Source: an uncultured Methylomirabilota bacterium (GTDB lineage Bacteria; Methylomirabilota; Methylomirabilia; Methylomirabilales; 2-02-FULL-66-22). Taken from it: a DNA stretch of 64,000 nucleotides. Within the stretch, counting starts at the first letter, position 1. Every line of letters begins with the position of its first letter. This document shows positions 1 to 10,473 of this stretch, piece by piece. The notes under the pieces were generated by a model. It did no database searches. It saw only the letters and a program-made list of their open reading frames with translations, and was not told where the DNA came from. The position numbers and the translations under genes are program-made. The DNA lies in contig CAWJSJ010000001.1 of assembly GCA_963845565.1 (NCBI GenBank), forward strand, positions 960,001 through 1,024,000, written 5' to 3'.

Positions 1-537
1 GTGAGCGAGCGGCGAACCTCGGTCGGCGAGTTTCTCGCCGCCGGCGCACCGGTGGCCATCCTCGTCAAGTTGCACCCCCTCCGCCTCCGCCTGGCCGTCC
101 CGGAACGCGACGCGAACCTCGTGCGCGTCGGACAAACCGTCCGAGTAGCCGTCGAGGGCGTTTCGGGAGACGGTTGGGGCCGCGTGGCCCGCGTGTCCCC
201 CGCCATCAGCGAGCAGAACCGGACCCTGTTGATAGAGGCCGAGGTGCATAACGAGGACGCGCGGTTGCGCCCCGGCGCCTTTGCGAAGGCTGACATCGTC
301 GTGGCCGAAGACGTGCGCGTCGTCACCGTGCCCGCGGCCGCCGTGGTCACGTTCGCGGGGATCGAGAAAGTGCTTACGGTCGACAACGACCGTGCCGTCG
401 AAGTACGGGTGCAAACCGGCCGCCGGCTGGGAGACCACGTGGAGATCGTCTCGGGCGTCTCGGCCGACACCCGCGTTGTCGCGCAACCGGGCAACCTGAC
501 CGCAGGGCAGCCGGTGACAACGACCGACGTCCCGTGA
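1..537 (+). CDS. RND efflux periplasmic adaptor (membrane fusion protein), 5' truncated
   Basis: MFP motifs (VPERDA..VRVGQ, GRVARVSP, LRPGAF, VPAAAV, V.TG..G..VEI.SG); directly upstream of an RND permease. Confidence 0.9.
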   Translation: MSERRTSVGEFLAAGAPVAILVKLHPLRLRLAVPERDANLVRVGQTVRVAVEGVSGDGWGRVARVSPAISEQNRTLLIEAEVHNEDARLRPGAFAKADIVVAEDVRVVTVPAAAVVTFAGIEKVLTVDNDRAVEVRVQTGRRLGDHVEIVSGVSADTRVVAQPGNLTAGQPVTTTDVP

Positions 538-617
538 TCACCTGACGTCATCCCGGTGAAGGTGCCGCTGATCAGGGGTCTCGCGTCGTTGGTAACGCCC
601 TCGCAGTAGGAACCGCC

Positions 618-3600
618 GTGCAAAGACTCGCGGAAGTCTGCATCCGCCGGCCCGTGTTCGCGGCCATGATCGTGCTTTCCCTGGTCGTGGTCGGGGCCGC
701 CTCCTACGGTCGCCTCGGCGTCGACCGCTTTCCGTCCGTGGACCTCCCCACCGTGAGCGTCCGTACCGAACTTCCGGGCGCCTCCGCCGAGGAAGTCGAG
801 ACGCAGGTCACCCGCGAGATCGAGCAGGTCGTCAACACGGTCCAGGGGATCCGCGAGCTGCGATCAATCTCCGGTCCGGGACAGTCCATCGTCATCGTCG
901 AGTTCGAATTGCGCCGCGACATCGACGTCGCGGCGCAGGACGTGCGCGAGAAGGTTGCCCTGGCCATCCGCAACCTGCCCCGGGACGCCAGGACACCCAT
1001 CATCGCGAAGTTCGACAACGACCAGGCGCCCGTACTCACCGTGGCGGTGGCGGGTGACCGACCGCTGCGCGAACTGACCGAGGTGGCCGACAAGGTCGTG
1101 AAGATCCAACTCGAGCGCGCGTATGGAGTCGGGGAGGTGCGGCTGGTCGGGGGCCTGAATCGGGCGATCAACGTTTGGGTGGACGCGGAACGCCTGGACG
1201 CGTACCAGCTCCCCATCACGGCCGTCCGCGACGCCATCGTCCGCCAGAACGCGGACTTGCCGGGTGGCAACGTCACGGCCGGTCCCCGTGAGGCCTCCCT
1301 TCGCACCCGTGGGCGCATCGTTGACCCCCGGGGCTTCGATGACCTGGTGGTCTCCACCGTCAACGGGGCCCCCATTCGCGTGCGCGATATTGGCCGGGCC
1401 GAGGACGGGACGGCGGAGCAACGCTCCGTGGCCCGATTGAACGGCGTCCCCACGGTGATCCTGGAGGTGCGCCGACAAGCCGGGGAGAACACGGTGGCGG
1501 TCATTGGCGCGATCAAGGAACAACTGCGCCGCGTGACCGCCGAGCTGCCGGCCGACCTCCGCCTGGAGGTGATCCGCGATCAGTCCCGCTACATCCACGC
1601 CGCCCTCCACGAGATCAAGGTCCACCTCGTCCTCGGCGCCCTGCTCGCCTCCCTGGTGGTACTGGCTTTCATGCGGAGCTGGCAATCGACCATCATCGCC
1701 GCGGTCGCTATCCCCGCCTCGCTCATCTCGGCCTTCGGCATGATGTACGCGCTCGGCTTCACCCTCAACAGCGTCACCATGCTCGCCCTTGTCCTCATGG
1801 TGGGGATCGTCATCGACGACGCCATCGTGGTGCTCGAGAATATCTTCCGGTTCGTGGAAGAGAAACGCATGCGGCCCTTCGAGGCCGCCCGTGCCGCGAC
1901 AGCGGACATCGGCTTGGCCGTCCTGGCCACCACCTTCAGCCTGGTCGTCATCTTCCTCCCCGTCTCGTTCATGTCCAGCATCTCGGGCCGGTTCCTCTAC
2001 CAGTTCGGGGTGACGGCGGCGGTATCCGTGCTGGTGAGCTTGCTGGTGTCGTTCACCCTCACACCGATGATGAGCGCCCGGATGATCCGGCCGGGCGGCG
2101 CGCTTCCCGGAACCGGGCACGAGGCCGCCTCCCGCCGCGGCTTCTACGCCTGGCTCGACCGCAGTTACACGGTCGCCCTGGGGCTGGCGTTGCGGCGACG
2201 GTGGGTGGTCGTCGGGATCGCGCTGGTCGTGATCGCCGCCTCCTGGCCCATCTTCGGATGGGTCAAGCAGGAGTACACGCCCGGCGACGTCGACGAAAGC
2301 GAGTTCGAGGCCAGCATCAACGGTCCGCGAGGGCATCTCGATCACGGCCATGGACGAGGCCGTACGGGCGATCGGGTCCGAGGTGCGGACGGTCCCAGGC
2401 GTGCGGAGTGTCCTCATCACTGCGGGCGGCGGCTTCCTCGGACGCGTGAGCCAGGGCAACATGTACGTGCGCATCGCCCCCCACGAGGAACGGACGCTGA
2501 GTCCGGGTCGGATATGGGGTGCCCTGCGTCGCGGCGATCCGTTGTCCGCCTTCCAGGGAAATTACACGCAGCGTGAGGTGATGCAGCGCGTGCGCCAGCG
2601 GGTGCGCACCTTTCGCGATTTCCGGATCCTGGTGAGGAACATTCCCGGCTTCAACATCGGGGGGGAAACTTCGACATCGACTTTGTCCTGCGCGGCCCGG
2701 AGCTCGAGTCCCTGGCTCGCTTCGCCGAGGAGCTCCGCACGCGCGCCCTCGCGCTGGGCGGCTATCGCGGACCCGGACACCACGCTCCGACTCGACCGCC
2801 CCGAGCTGCGCGTCCGCATCGACCGCTCGCGGGCGGCGGACCTGCAGGTGGACACGGAGCAGATCGCCACCGCTCTCCGGCTGATGGTAGGCGGCGACAC
2901 CGAGGTGTCACGGTTCCTCGACCCGACCACCAACGAGGACTACTACGTCCAGCTCCGCCTGGATGAAAAGGACCGCCGCGAGCCGGGGACGATCTCCCGG
3001 CTCCTCGTCTCGCGCCAGCCCGGGGCGGTCGGGCCCGGCGCGCTGGTCCGCATGGACAACCTCGTGCAGATCGATGCCGGGTTCACCGCCTCCCGCATCG
3101 ACCGGTCCGACCGGCAGCGCGAGGTGCGCCTGCGCGCCGTCGTCCTCCCCGGCTACGGGCAGGCCGACCGGATTGCCGCCCTGCGGGGCGCGGTAGCAGA
3201 GATGGGGTTGCCCGCCGGATACACCACCGCGGTGTCCGGCCGCGCGCGCGAGCTCGAGCACACTTTCACCGAGTTTTTCTGGGTCTTCCTGCTCTCGGTG
3301 ATCTTCATGTACATGATCCTCGCGGCACAGTTCGAGAGTCTGATCCACCCCGTCACCATTCTCCTGTCCTTGCCGATCTCCGTCCCTTTCGCCCTGTTCT
3401 CGCTCTGGTACACGGGGAACACGCTCAACCTCTACTCGGCGCTCGGCATCCTGGTGCTCTTCGGCGTCGTCAAGAAGAACGCCATCCTCCAGATCGACCA
3501 CATGAACACCTTGCGCGCCGAGGGCAAGGACCGGATGACGGCGATCCTGATGGGCAACCGCGACCGGCTCCGGCCGATTTTGATGACGACGCTCACGCTG

Positions 3601-3927
3601 GTGGCCGGCATGTTGCCGCTGTGGCTCGGAACGGGTCCGGGCGCCGAGGAACGCCACGCCATCGCGGTGGTCGTGATCGGGGGGCAGACCCTGTCGCTCC
3701 TCCTCACGCTCCTCGTGACACCCGTGACGTATTCGCTCTTCGACGACCTCGCGGGCGCGTGGGGTCGCATGCGCCGGTTCGGCTGGCGGCGACGTCGGTG
3801 CGTCGATGCTGCGAGCGCCCATGTGGGCAGCGGCGTGAATTCCGACGCCGTCGAGGAGTCGGCGTCCCGACTACCGATACCGCCGCGAGAGGTCCCGAGA
3901 ACGCCGGGGGAAGCGGAGACGGTATGA
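618..3927 (+). CDS. AcrB/AcrD/AcrF-family RND permease, interrupted by about three indels (~2327, ~2660, ~2763)
   Basis: ORFs 618..2576 and 2350..3927 together give a full RND with IDDAIVVLEN, VKKNAILQID and RLRPILMTT; changing frame restores NGPEGISITAMDEA and NIGGGNFDIDFVLRGPELESL. Confidence 0.9.
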
Positions 3928-4150
3928 TGTGGAACTGGTATTTCGGGTGACCCGCCGTACCCGCATGGCAGGTCCCCTCCCTCCAGCGACCGGAACGCGC
4001 TGGCTGCTCGCCGGGCCGGACTTCCACCGGCGAACATCAGTACCTGCTACCGAACGGAGGCCAAGTCAGCGAGTTTGCACGTCATGCGGGCCGGTTTCTC
4101 CATGCGGGAAGCACGGGCGGCCGTAGCGAGCGAGGAAGCGGCGGGGCCAA

Positions 4151-4366
4151 TCACCCGTTCCGTGGCCCAGCGCGGATCCCATGCGTCGCCGTGAGGATCG
4201 TCGGTCGGCGCCAGCAGCGTGCGGTATCGGTCCGGGCCATCGCGGCGAGCTGCGCGATCAACAGGAGGAAATCGGCCGGCGTCGTGACGCAGCAGTCGCG
4301 GTTATGGCACCGGCCGACCACGTGGACCGTCTCCCCGGGAGCGTGGCGCCGCGGCAGGCGTGGCAT
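4151..4366 (-). pseudogene. Truncated Y1/HUH transposase (RAYT/IS200-like) N-terminal remnant
   Basis: MPRLPRRHAPGETVHVVGRCHNRDCCVTTPADFLLLIAQL resembles RAYT N-termini (H..xR.N.R); the HUH motif and catalytic Tyr are missing. Confidence 0.65.
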
Positions 4367-4861
4367 CGCGACCCGGCCGCCGGGCCGGGCGAGATCGGCC
4401 GCCCGCGGGTACTCCCCCGCATCGTGCCTCCCCCGGCGCCGTGTCACGCCGCCCCCCTTCGGCATCCGCGCCGCCCTCGTCCTGCCCGCCGGGGCCACAC
4501 CATCGTGCGCCTTCACCGCCAGGCTTCGTCGGATGCTTGTACTGGCGGTGGCTTCCTCAGGTCCTGGCCAAATACCAGCCATCTCCTTCGAGAAGCCTGA
4601 CAAGCTCACGAACCTTCATCGGCCCCCAGGGGTATGCACTACGGTGTCCGGCGACCGCCCAAGTGTCTCATCCCTTGTTCAGTATACCTGAGACAAAGCC
4701 GGATTCAATCTGCCTCCCGTTCGCCCTTCCCCGAAACCCGGTCCCGGTCGACCTCGCCCACCCGGGTCCCGGCGTCCAGAACGGCCTGCGTTCCCTTGTC
4801 GAATGGCGTCGCGAGTTCCCGGGCGTGGATCTCCCGGTAGAGGCGCTTGGCGCACTGCAGG

Positions 4862-4971
4862 CCAGCACGGTGCTCAAAGGAAAGGTCCAGATGCCAGGCG
4901 GCGTGAAAGGGGCGGGGCACCCGTCCGGAGGATGGGTCTCCGCAGGTGGGCCTTTTTCAGCAGCCTGTCAG
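4862..4971. repeat. MITE-like repeat (family B) with IS-type end CCTTTTTCAGCAGCCTGTCAG
   Basis: Internal sequence is similar to the reverse complement of 13650..13722; degenerate terminal inverted repeats. Confidence 0.55.
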
Positions 4972-5234
4972 GCCCTCCCGACCGGTCCGGGGCGAATCCC
5001 CCGCTCAGGGCAGAAAGAAGAGGGTGTGATAGAGAGGATCTCCGGCAAGGGGGAGTGCGCTCTTGAGTGTTCCCCACTCGGCTGGGATGTTCACCGCTGC
5101 AACGACGTCCGAGAGCAGACATCGGCGCTCGGAAACCGGCTTTCCATGGCCCCCTCCCCCGCTGCCGTCCACGCGGCTTTGCCGTGGAGGGCGCGGAGGC
5201 GGTCACGCGTCGAGCCGCCTGCGCCTCGCGGTCG

Positions 5235-5660
5235 CTAGTCCGCTGCGGGCCACCCTCGGTCCTGCAACACGTGTTCAATGGCTGCGACGATGCTCTCCGC
5301 GTCGGCGGGCTTCCGGAGCGTCAGGGTTGCGCCAACCGTCTGCGCCGTCCGCGCCACGCTGGGATCGTCCAACACCGAAATGAGGATGATCGGGATGTCG
5401 CCGAGCACGGGGTCGGCACGGAGCTTCCGGCAGATGTCGAACCCGCTCCAACCCCGCAGCAGGACATCCAGGAGGATCACGTCGGGACGGTCCTGCTGCG
5501 CCATGGCGAGACCCTGGAGGCCGTCCGTCACCGTGAGCGTCCGGTACCGCGGCTCGAGATGGTCCCGGTAGAAATGCAGCACGAGCGGGTCGTCATCGAC
5601 GCAGAGGACCGTCGGCCGCGCGGGTGGGGTCTTGGCCTCTGGCGAGCCTGGCGTCACCAT
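5235..5660 (-). CDS. Single-domain response regulator (CheY-like receiver)
   Basis: VLCVDDD, PDVILLDV (phospho-Asp), PIILIS, LRKP; RBS AGGAG. Confidence 0.85.
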   Translation of the reverse strand: MVTPGSPEAKTPPARPTVLCVDDDPLVLHFYRDHLEPRYRTLTVTDGLQGLAMAQQDRPDVILLDVLLRGWSGFDICRKLRADPVLGDIPIILISVLDDPSVARTAQTVGATLTLRKPADAESIVAAIEHVLQDRGWPAAD

Positions 5661-5976
5661 GGGGTCCGGTCTCCTTTACAGCCTCGCACCGCGCCAGGGT
5701 CTCGTTGATCCTCGACACAGTTTTCAGGATCGTCCCAAGGCTCTCCCGGATCGCCCGGGCCTCCGACAACCGGGAGGGGGATTCGCTTCCACCGACCCTT
5801 CGCCGCCCGCACCGGTCGGAGCAGACGGAGGTCTTCAGCCCCCTCATGGCCTTCCCACACACCGGACAGGGCCGAAACACCTCCGGGGATGTTACCACAG
5901 GGGCGCTCGCAGCCGCACGTTCGGATTTTATGTCGGAGGAGGCACTGCGCATCGCCTTGTGCCCGTCGTCGGTCAT
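5593..5976 (-). CDS. Small Zn-ribbon protein (CPVCG...CSDRC), probably containing compensating frameshifts
   Basis: CxxC...CSxxC motif; an alternative frame gives the more typical CSDRC-RAAKGRWKR. Confidence 0.45.
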   Translation of the reverse strand: MTDDGHKAMRSASSDIKSERAAASAPVVTSPEVFRPCPVCGKAMRGLKTSVCSDRCGRRRVGGSESPSRLSEARAIRESLGTILKTVSRINETLARCEAVKETGPHGDARLARGQDPTRAADGPLRR

Positions 5977-6134
5977 AGGGTAAGCGTTACGCGCGTCGTC
6001 AAATCGGTGGAGAATTTCTTACCCGCCCACCAGGTCCGGCCTCCAAAACGTAGACACGCTGACTACAGCATAACACCACGCCGTGCCGAGTGATTCTCGT
6101 TCACGAGCCGAGAACTCCTGAATGTGTGCATGGT

Positions 6135-6151
6135 TCGGCACATTTCGTGCT
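6135..6151 (+). promoter_or_regulatory. Putative sigma54 (-24/-12) promoter
   Basis: TCGGCACATTTCGTGCT = GGCAC with exact GG-N10-GC spacing, about 50 nt upstream of an ATG with RBS. Confidence 0.45.
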
Positions 6152-6199
6152 GCAGGCTCAGGCCATCATCCTTTCCGGGGGGGGATGAGGGGAATTCAC

Positions 6200-6358
6200 A
6201 TGCCTGTTATGCGCGTGGAACGGCAACGGACCGTGCCCCGTCACCGCTACCGCGTCTGTTCGTATTGTCGTCACCCCGTGAGAATGTACTGGCACCACGA
6301 CTACTGCGAGCGATGCTACCGCACGTTCGCGACGGGGAAGTACGATCAGGCGCGCTAG
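6200..6358 (+). CDS. 52-aa zinc-finger micro-protein (CSYC-x12-CERC)
   Basis: GAGGGG RBS before the ATG; two CxxC pairs; basic. Confidence 0.55.
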   Translation: MPVMRVERQRTVPRHRYRVCSYCRHPVRMYWHHDYCERCYRTFATGKYDQAR

Positions 6359-6447
6359 GACGGCCACCTAACATCAAGCCGTGCACGCACGGCGGAACGT
6401 CCTCGCCGGCAGTGCCAGACGGACGGAAGATCCGCAGGAGGTCGTGC

Positions 6448-6705
6448 ATGCGATACGGTCTTCTCGTCGTGGTGATATGCCTCGCCATTGCCGGCGATCT
6501 TGGCGTATACATCGCCATGGATGACGCCTCTTTTGAGTCATTCGACCCGCTCCGCCCGGCCACGCTCCTTCCGATCGTTGCGAACCGCTTCTGCGAGCAC
6601 CACCCCCAGGCGTGCGACGTGCTGCGGGATCTGGCAGACAAGTTCGTGGCGCCCTACCGCGAGCGCCCCCGACCCGAGAGCCCGACTGACCTCCTGCCGG
6701 AATAG
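6448..6705 (+). CDS. Hypothetical exported/membrane-anchored protein
   Basis: AGGAGG RBS; N-terminal hydrophobic helix; Cys pair CEHHPQAC. Confidence 0.6.
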   Translation: MRYGLLVVVICLAIAGDLGVYIAMDDASFESFDPLRPATLLPIVANRFCEHHPQACDVLRDLADKFVAPYRERPRPESPTDLLPE

Positions 6706-6891
6706 CCGCACCGGATCCCGTCGTAAACTCCGCGGCCGTCAGGAGCAAGATGGCGCCCCGCATCGGCACCGGGATCAGGCCCGGTGGCGGATCACTCGGC
6801 GGGCGCATGCCGGTGGCATTCATTGACGCAGGGGATTCCGCTTGGTAACCTTTCCCCCGACAATGAGACCGGCATCCAAGAGGAGGGCGGC

Positions 6892-7272
6892 ATGACGGTG
6901 GCGTGGCGCACTCGTCTCACCCGGCTCTCCCTCGTCCTTTGGGGGGTCTGGATACTATTCATCCTCGTTGGCATGCCCATATGGACCGTTAACGACGCAC
7001 GCGAACAAGCCAAATCTGCGGAGGCGGAATCCCGAATGTACGATAATGCGGGCAATCAGAAGGAGGCTGGCCGCGCATTGGCGCGTGCACTGCAATACAA
7101 ACGAACGACGCTGGCCAGTGCCTACAAGGAGTTCTTTGCAGAGTGGCCCGCAGTCCTTGCCTTCCTTATCGTTCCGCCGGTCGCACTGTATGGTTTCCTG
7201 TACGGAAGCGTTCTGTTGTTTGCCTGGATACGCCGCGGTTTCAGGCCGGGCACACCTCGCCCCCCGACATAG
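6892..7272 (+). CDS. Hypothetical two-TM membrane protein
   Basis: AGGAGG RBS; two hydrophobic segments flanking a polar loop. Confidence 0.65.
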   Translation: MTVAWRTRLTRLSLVLWGVWILFILVGMPIWTVNDAREQAKSAEAESRMYDNAGNQKEAGRALARALQYKRTTLASAYKEFFAEWPAVLAFLIVPPVALYGFLYGSVLLFAWIRRGFRPGTPRPPT

Positions 7273-7374
7273 CGCCCCGAAAGAATGGTCAACACACTAC
7301 CCTCTTTCTGTCACGCGCAGTTCCCGCCTGTTATTGCTTTTTCGTGCGGCGGTCGGCCGCCGCTCATTAGCACA

Positions 7375-7419
7375 AAGCAAAAAGGGCTTAGGAGGTTTCT
7401 CCTAAGCCCTTGCTTTTCT
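7375..7419. terminator. Intrinsic (likely bidirectional) terminator after tRNA-fMet
   Basis: 13-bp stem AAGGGCTTAGGAG/CTCCTAAGCCCTT with GTTT loop, flanked by A- and T-tracts. Confidence 0.85.
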
Positions 7420-7496
<77 letters not shown>

Positions 7497-7501
7497 GATG
7501 C

Positions 7502-7530
7502 ATACTACGCAGTTGGCCTTTGAGTGTCAA
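7502..7530 (-). promoter_or_regulatory. sigma70 promoter of tRNA-fMet
   Basis: TTGACA-17-TAGTAT. Confidence 0.8.
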
Positions 7531-7646
7531 GGTCTTTCTCCGGGATACCAAACCACGGAACACCGACCTTTCCCCACAGGACGCACAAGACGCACAAGGC
7601 AATTGACGGCCTGCCGATGTCGAACGGGCTCAAATTGTCGGTCCGC

Positions 7647-8621
7647 CTACCCCTCTTCGAAAGCTTTGCGCGTTTGCTTGATCAGCAGTTCGGCGCTGTT
7701 CGGAATCGGCGCGTGCCAGAATCGGGTGATCCGCCGGGCGATGTGGGCGATGCTGCGGGCGGCCGGGCTGTCCGGATGGACTGTCAGCAGAGATTTTCCG
7801 TGACGAATCGAATCCCGGACGGCCGGGTCGGACACGATAAACCCGAAATAGTCCACCTCGATGGACAGGATCTGCCGGATGGTGCGGTCGAGCGAATCCA
7901 GCATCTGGAGATCATCCGGATGGTCTCCCATGTTGATCACCAGCCGTGGCCGGCACCGCGCGCACACGTCCTGGATGCGCTTTCCGGCATCCGGGTTCAC
8001 CTCCGAGGCCAGCGCCACCAGCGTCTGCACCGTCATCTGCGGCGCATCCACCGGCTGCACGTACAATCGGTTCAGCACCTCGGTGAGTGCCGGATCGTGC
8101 GACAGGCTGCGGTCGATCCGGCGGAGCAGCATGTTTTTCAGGAATACCAGCGCGCTCATCACCGCCGGGTACTCCGGCGACGTCAGCACCATCCCGGCAT
8201 CCACCATGGAGAAGAAGTCGAGGGTATGGAAGGCGCACCCGGCGCCGAGATCCAGGATCACGTACTGGGCGGGTACCGTCCGCAGATTCGAAAGGAGCCG
8301 CACCTTCTGGGCATGGGTGATGTTCGCCATGAACGGCATACGCCCATCCCCGGGCAGGAAGCGCAGGTGGGGAATCTCGGTCTCCACCAGGAAGTTCTCC
8401 AGCGTGCCCGTGCCCACCCGCAAAAAGTCGCCGACTCCCGGAAAGCGATTGGGCAATCCCAGCAGCGAGTGGAGATTCGAATTCCCGAGGTCCAGATCGG
8501 CGACCACCGTCGGACATCCCATGCCCGCCAGGGCGAGGCCGAGATTGGCGGTCAAGAGCGTCTTGCCCACGCCCCCCTTGCCACCGGCGACGGGAATGAT
8601 CGTCGGGGACTGGGGCGTCAC
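7647..8621 (-). CDS. MinD/FlhG/ParA-family P-loop ATPase
   Basis: Deviant Walker A GGKGGVGKT, DLDLG..NL, ILDLGAG. Confidence 0.85.
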   Translation of the reverse strand: MTPQSPTIIPVAGGKGGVGKTLLTANLGLALAGMGCPTVVADLDLGNSNLHSLLGLPNRFPGVGDFLRVGTGTLENFLVETEIPHLRFLPGDGRMPFMANITHAQKVRLLSNLRTVPAQYVILDLGAGCAFHTLDFFSMVDAGMVLTSPEYPAVMSALVFLKNMLLRRIDRSLSHDPALTEVLNRLYVQPVDAPQMTVQTLVALASEVNPDAGKRIQDVCARCRPRLVINMGDHPDDLQMLDSLDRTIRQILSIEVDYFGFIVSDPAVRDSIRHGKSLLTVHPDSPAARSIAHIARRITRFWHAPIPNSAELLIKQTRKAFEEG

Positions 8622-8760
8622 GGTTTCCGTGCTCGTGCGTGTGCCGAGCGGTTGGCGTTGCCATGTCGGGTTCCTGTAGTGTGACGGGTTGGAAACGGAG
8701 GCAGCGCAGAAGTAACCGCCGTCAGGGAACGCGCCGTGCCCGGTCCGCGAGGGCCCTGGG

Positions 8761-9822
8761 CTACCCGCTCGATGCCGGCGCGCCCCGCTCCCGCTCGACC
8801 CGCAGCATCCCGCAGGCGGCGGAAATGTCCCGTCCGCGGCTCTCGCGGATGGTCGCCGTCAGCCGCGCGTCGCCCAGGACCCGCTGGAACAGGTCGATCC
8901 GTTCGCGCGGCGAGGGGCGATCGGGCAGGTCTGGCGTGGCGTTGAATGGGATGAGATTGATCTTGCAGTGGATGCCGCGCAATAGACGCACCAGCCGCTT
9001 CGCGTCCTCCGCCGAATCGTTCACGCCGTCCAGCATCACGTACTCGAACGTCAGGCGTCGACGGTTCAGCAGCGGATACGCACGGCAGGCCCGCAGCAAC
9101 TCGGCGATCGGCCAGCGCTTGTTGATGGGCATGAGCTGGTCGCGCACCGCATCGGTGGTGGCGCTCAGCGACACGGCGAGATTCACACCGAGGTCCGATT
9201 CCGCCAGCTTCTTGATGCCGGGAACGTGCCCCGCCGTGGAGAGCGTGATCCGTCGCGGCGAGAAATCGGCGCCCTGCGGATCGCAGAGAATCCGCAACGC
9301 CCGCGCGACCTCGGGGAAGTTCAGCAACGGCTCCCCCATCCCCATCAGGACCAGATTCGAGATCCGGTCGGCCGCCTCGAGCCGGTCCTGCAGCAGGAGC
9401 ACCTCCCCCACGATCTCGGCCGTGCTCAGGTTGCGCCGCATCCCCATCAGCCCGGTCAGACAGAACCGGCAGGCCAAGGGGCACCCCACCTGGGTCGAGA
9501 TGCAGGCGGTCAACCGGTCCTCGTCCGGGATCAGGACGCTCTCGATCGCCTCCCCATCGCCAAGCGTGAACAGGAACTTCCGCGTCCCGTCCGTCGCCCG
9601 CTGCTCCCCTGCCACCGCGGGTCGGCTCACCACAACGCGGCTCGCCAGCTCGCTGCGCAGGGTCCGGGAAAGATTCGTCATGGCCTCGAGGCTCGTCGCG
9701 CGCCGCGCCTGGACCCACTGGAAGATCTGTCGCCCCCGATAACCGGGATGGCCGAGCTCGACCAGCACGGACTCGACCTCGGCCCGCAAGAGACCCGTGA
9801 GGTCCCACGTCGTCCCGCTCAC
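8761..9822 (-). CDS. rlmN: Dual-specificity RNA methyltransferase RlmN (radical SAM)
   Basis: CISTQVGCPLACRFC, MGMGEP, DISAACGML; GTG start overlaps the upstream TGA. Confidence 0.95.
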   Translation of the reverse strand: MSGTTWDLTGLLRAEVESVLVELGHPGYRGRQIFQWVQARRATSLEAMTNLSRTLRSELASRVVVSRPAVAGEQRATDGTRKFLFTLGDGEAIESVLIPDEDRLTACISTQVGCPLACRFCLTGLMGMRRNLSTAEIVGEVLLLQDRLEAADRISNLVLMGMGEPLLNFPEVARALRILCDPQGADFSPRRITLSTAGHVPGIKKLAESDLGVNLAVSLSATTDAVRDQLMPINKRWPIAELLRACRAYPLLNRRRLTFEYVMLDGVNDSAEDAKRLVRLLRGIHCKINLIPFNATPDLPDRPSPRERIDLFQRVLGDARLTATIRESRGRDISAACGMLRVERERGAPASSG

Positions 9823-10454
9823 GTCTGCCGCTCCCACCACGTCCGGAGCGCGCCGATCTCGTCCAGCGCCGCACCGGGCAGCGTGCACCCGAGAATCCCG
9901 TCGGTCAGCGTCAGCCCGTCGTCGTAATACGGGATCGCCCAGACGACCGCCTGATCAATCGCGCAGCTCAGTTCCACCCCGGTGACGTCCACCCGCCGGT
10001 CCAGCAGGCTCAGGAGGTGCGGCTCGACGAAGACCTTCGCCTCTTCCAGACCACGCGTGCCGCCGAGGAGCGGGGCCGGATCCCCCGGTGACAGTTCCAC
10101 CCGCTTCTGCGTGAAGAGCAGACCGGGGTCGCCGAAGTAGAAGCCGTTCGACAGGAGGAAGGCGGTCACATAGACCCAGTCCGGCGCCGCCCATCCGGCG
10201 CCGCCCTGGCGCGCCGCCCCAGACCACTCCCAGGCCGCCCGAACGCGAAGCCCCCACACCGGCAGGTGGCAGAGCCGTCCGACACCCGGCCGGGCGGGTC
10301 TGGCGGTCTGCGCGGGGCGGGAGACGAGTCCGCCCGCCACCACCTCTCGGATGCCCCGGCAATCCTCGCACCAAAAGAGGACACTCTGCGGCGTGCCATG
10401 GAGCGCACCCCCGCATCCGGGGCATCGCAAGGGAAGGATCACCGGCGTCAGCAT
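9819..10454 (-). CDS. Zn-ribbon protein (third member of the SPFH-linked set)
   Basis: CPGCG...CEDC; LCHLPVW motif shared with neighbours. Confidence 0.7.
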   Translation of the reverse strand: MLTPVILPLRCPGCGGALHGTPQSVLFWCEDCRGIREVVAGGLVSRPAQTARPARPGVGRLCHLPVWGLRVRAAWEWSGAARQGGAGWAAPDWVYVTAFLLSNGFYFGDPGLLFTQKRVELSPGDPAPLLGGTRGLEEAKVFVEPHLLSLLDRRVDVTGVELSCAIDQAVVWAIPYYDDGLTLTDGILGCTLPGAALDEIGALRTWWERQT

Positions 10455-10473
10455 ACTCTCTTCACCGGGTTAA

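Noticed and set aside
5066..5096. GTGTTCCCCACTCGGCTGGGATGTTCACCG resembles a type I-E CRISPR repeat
   Set aside because: Single degenerate copy, no repeat about 61 nt away, no cas genes
6358..6430. Integron attC site (ACCTAAC after a stop codon)
   Set aside because: No matching GTTRRRY end, no repeated attC structure, no integrase
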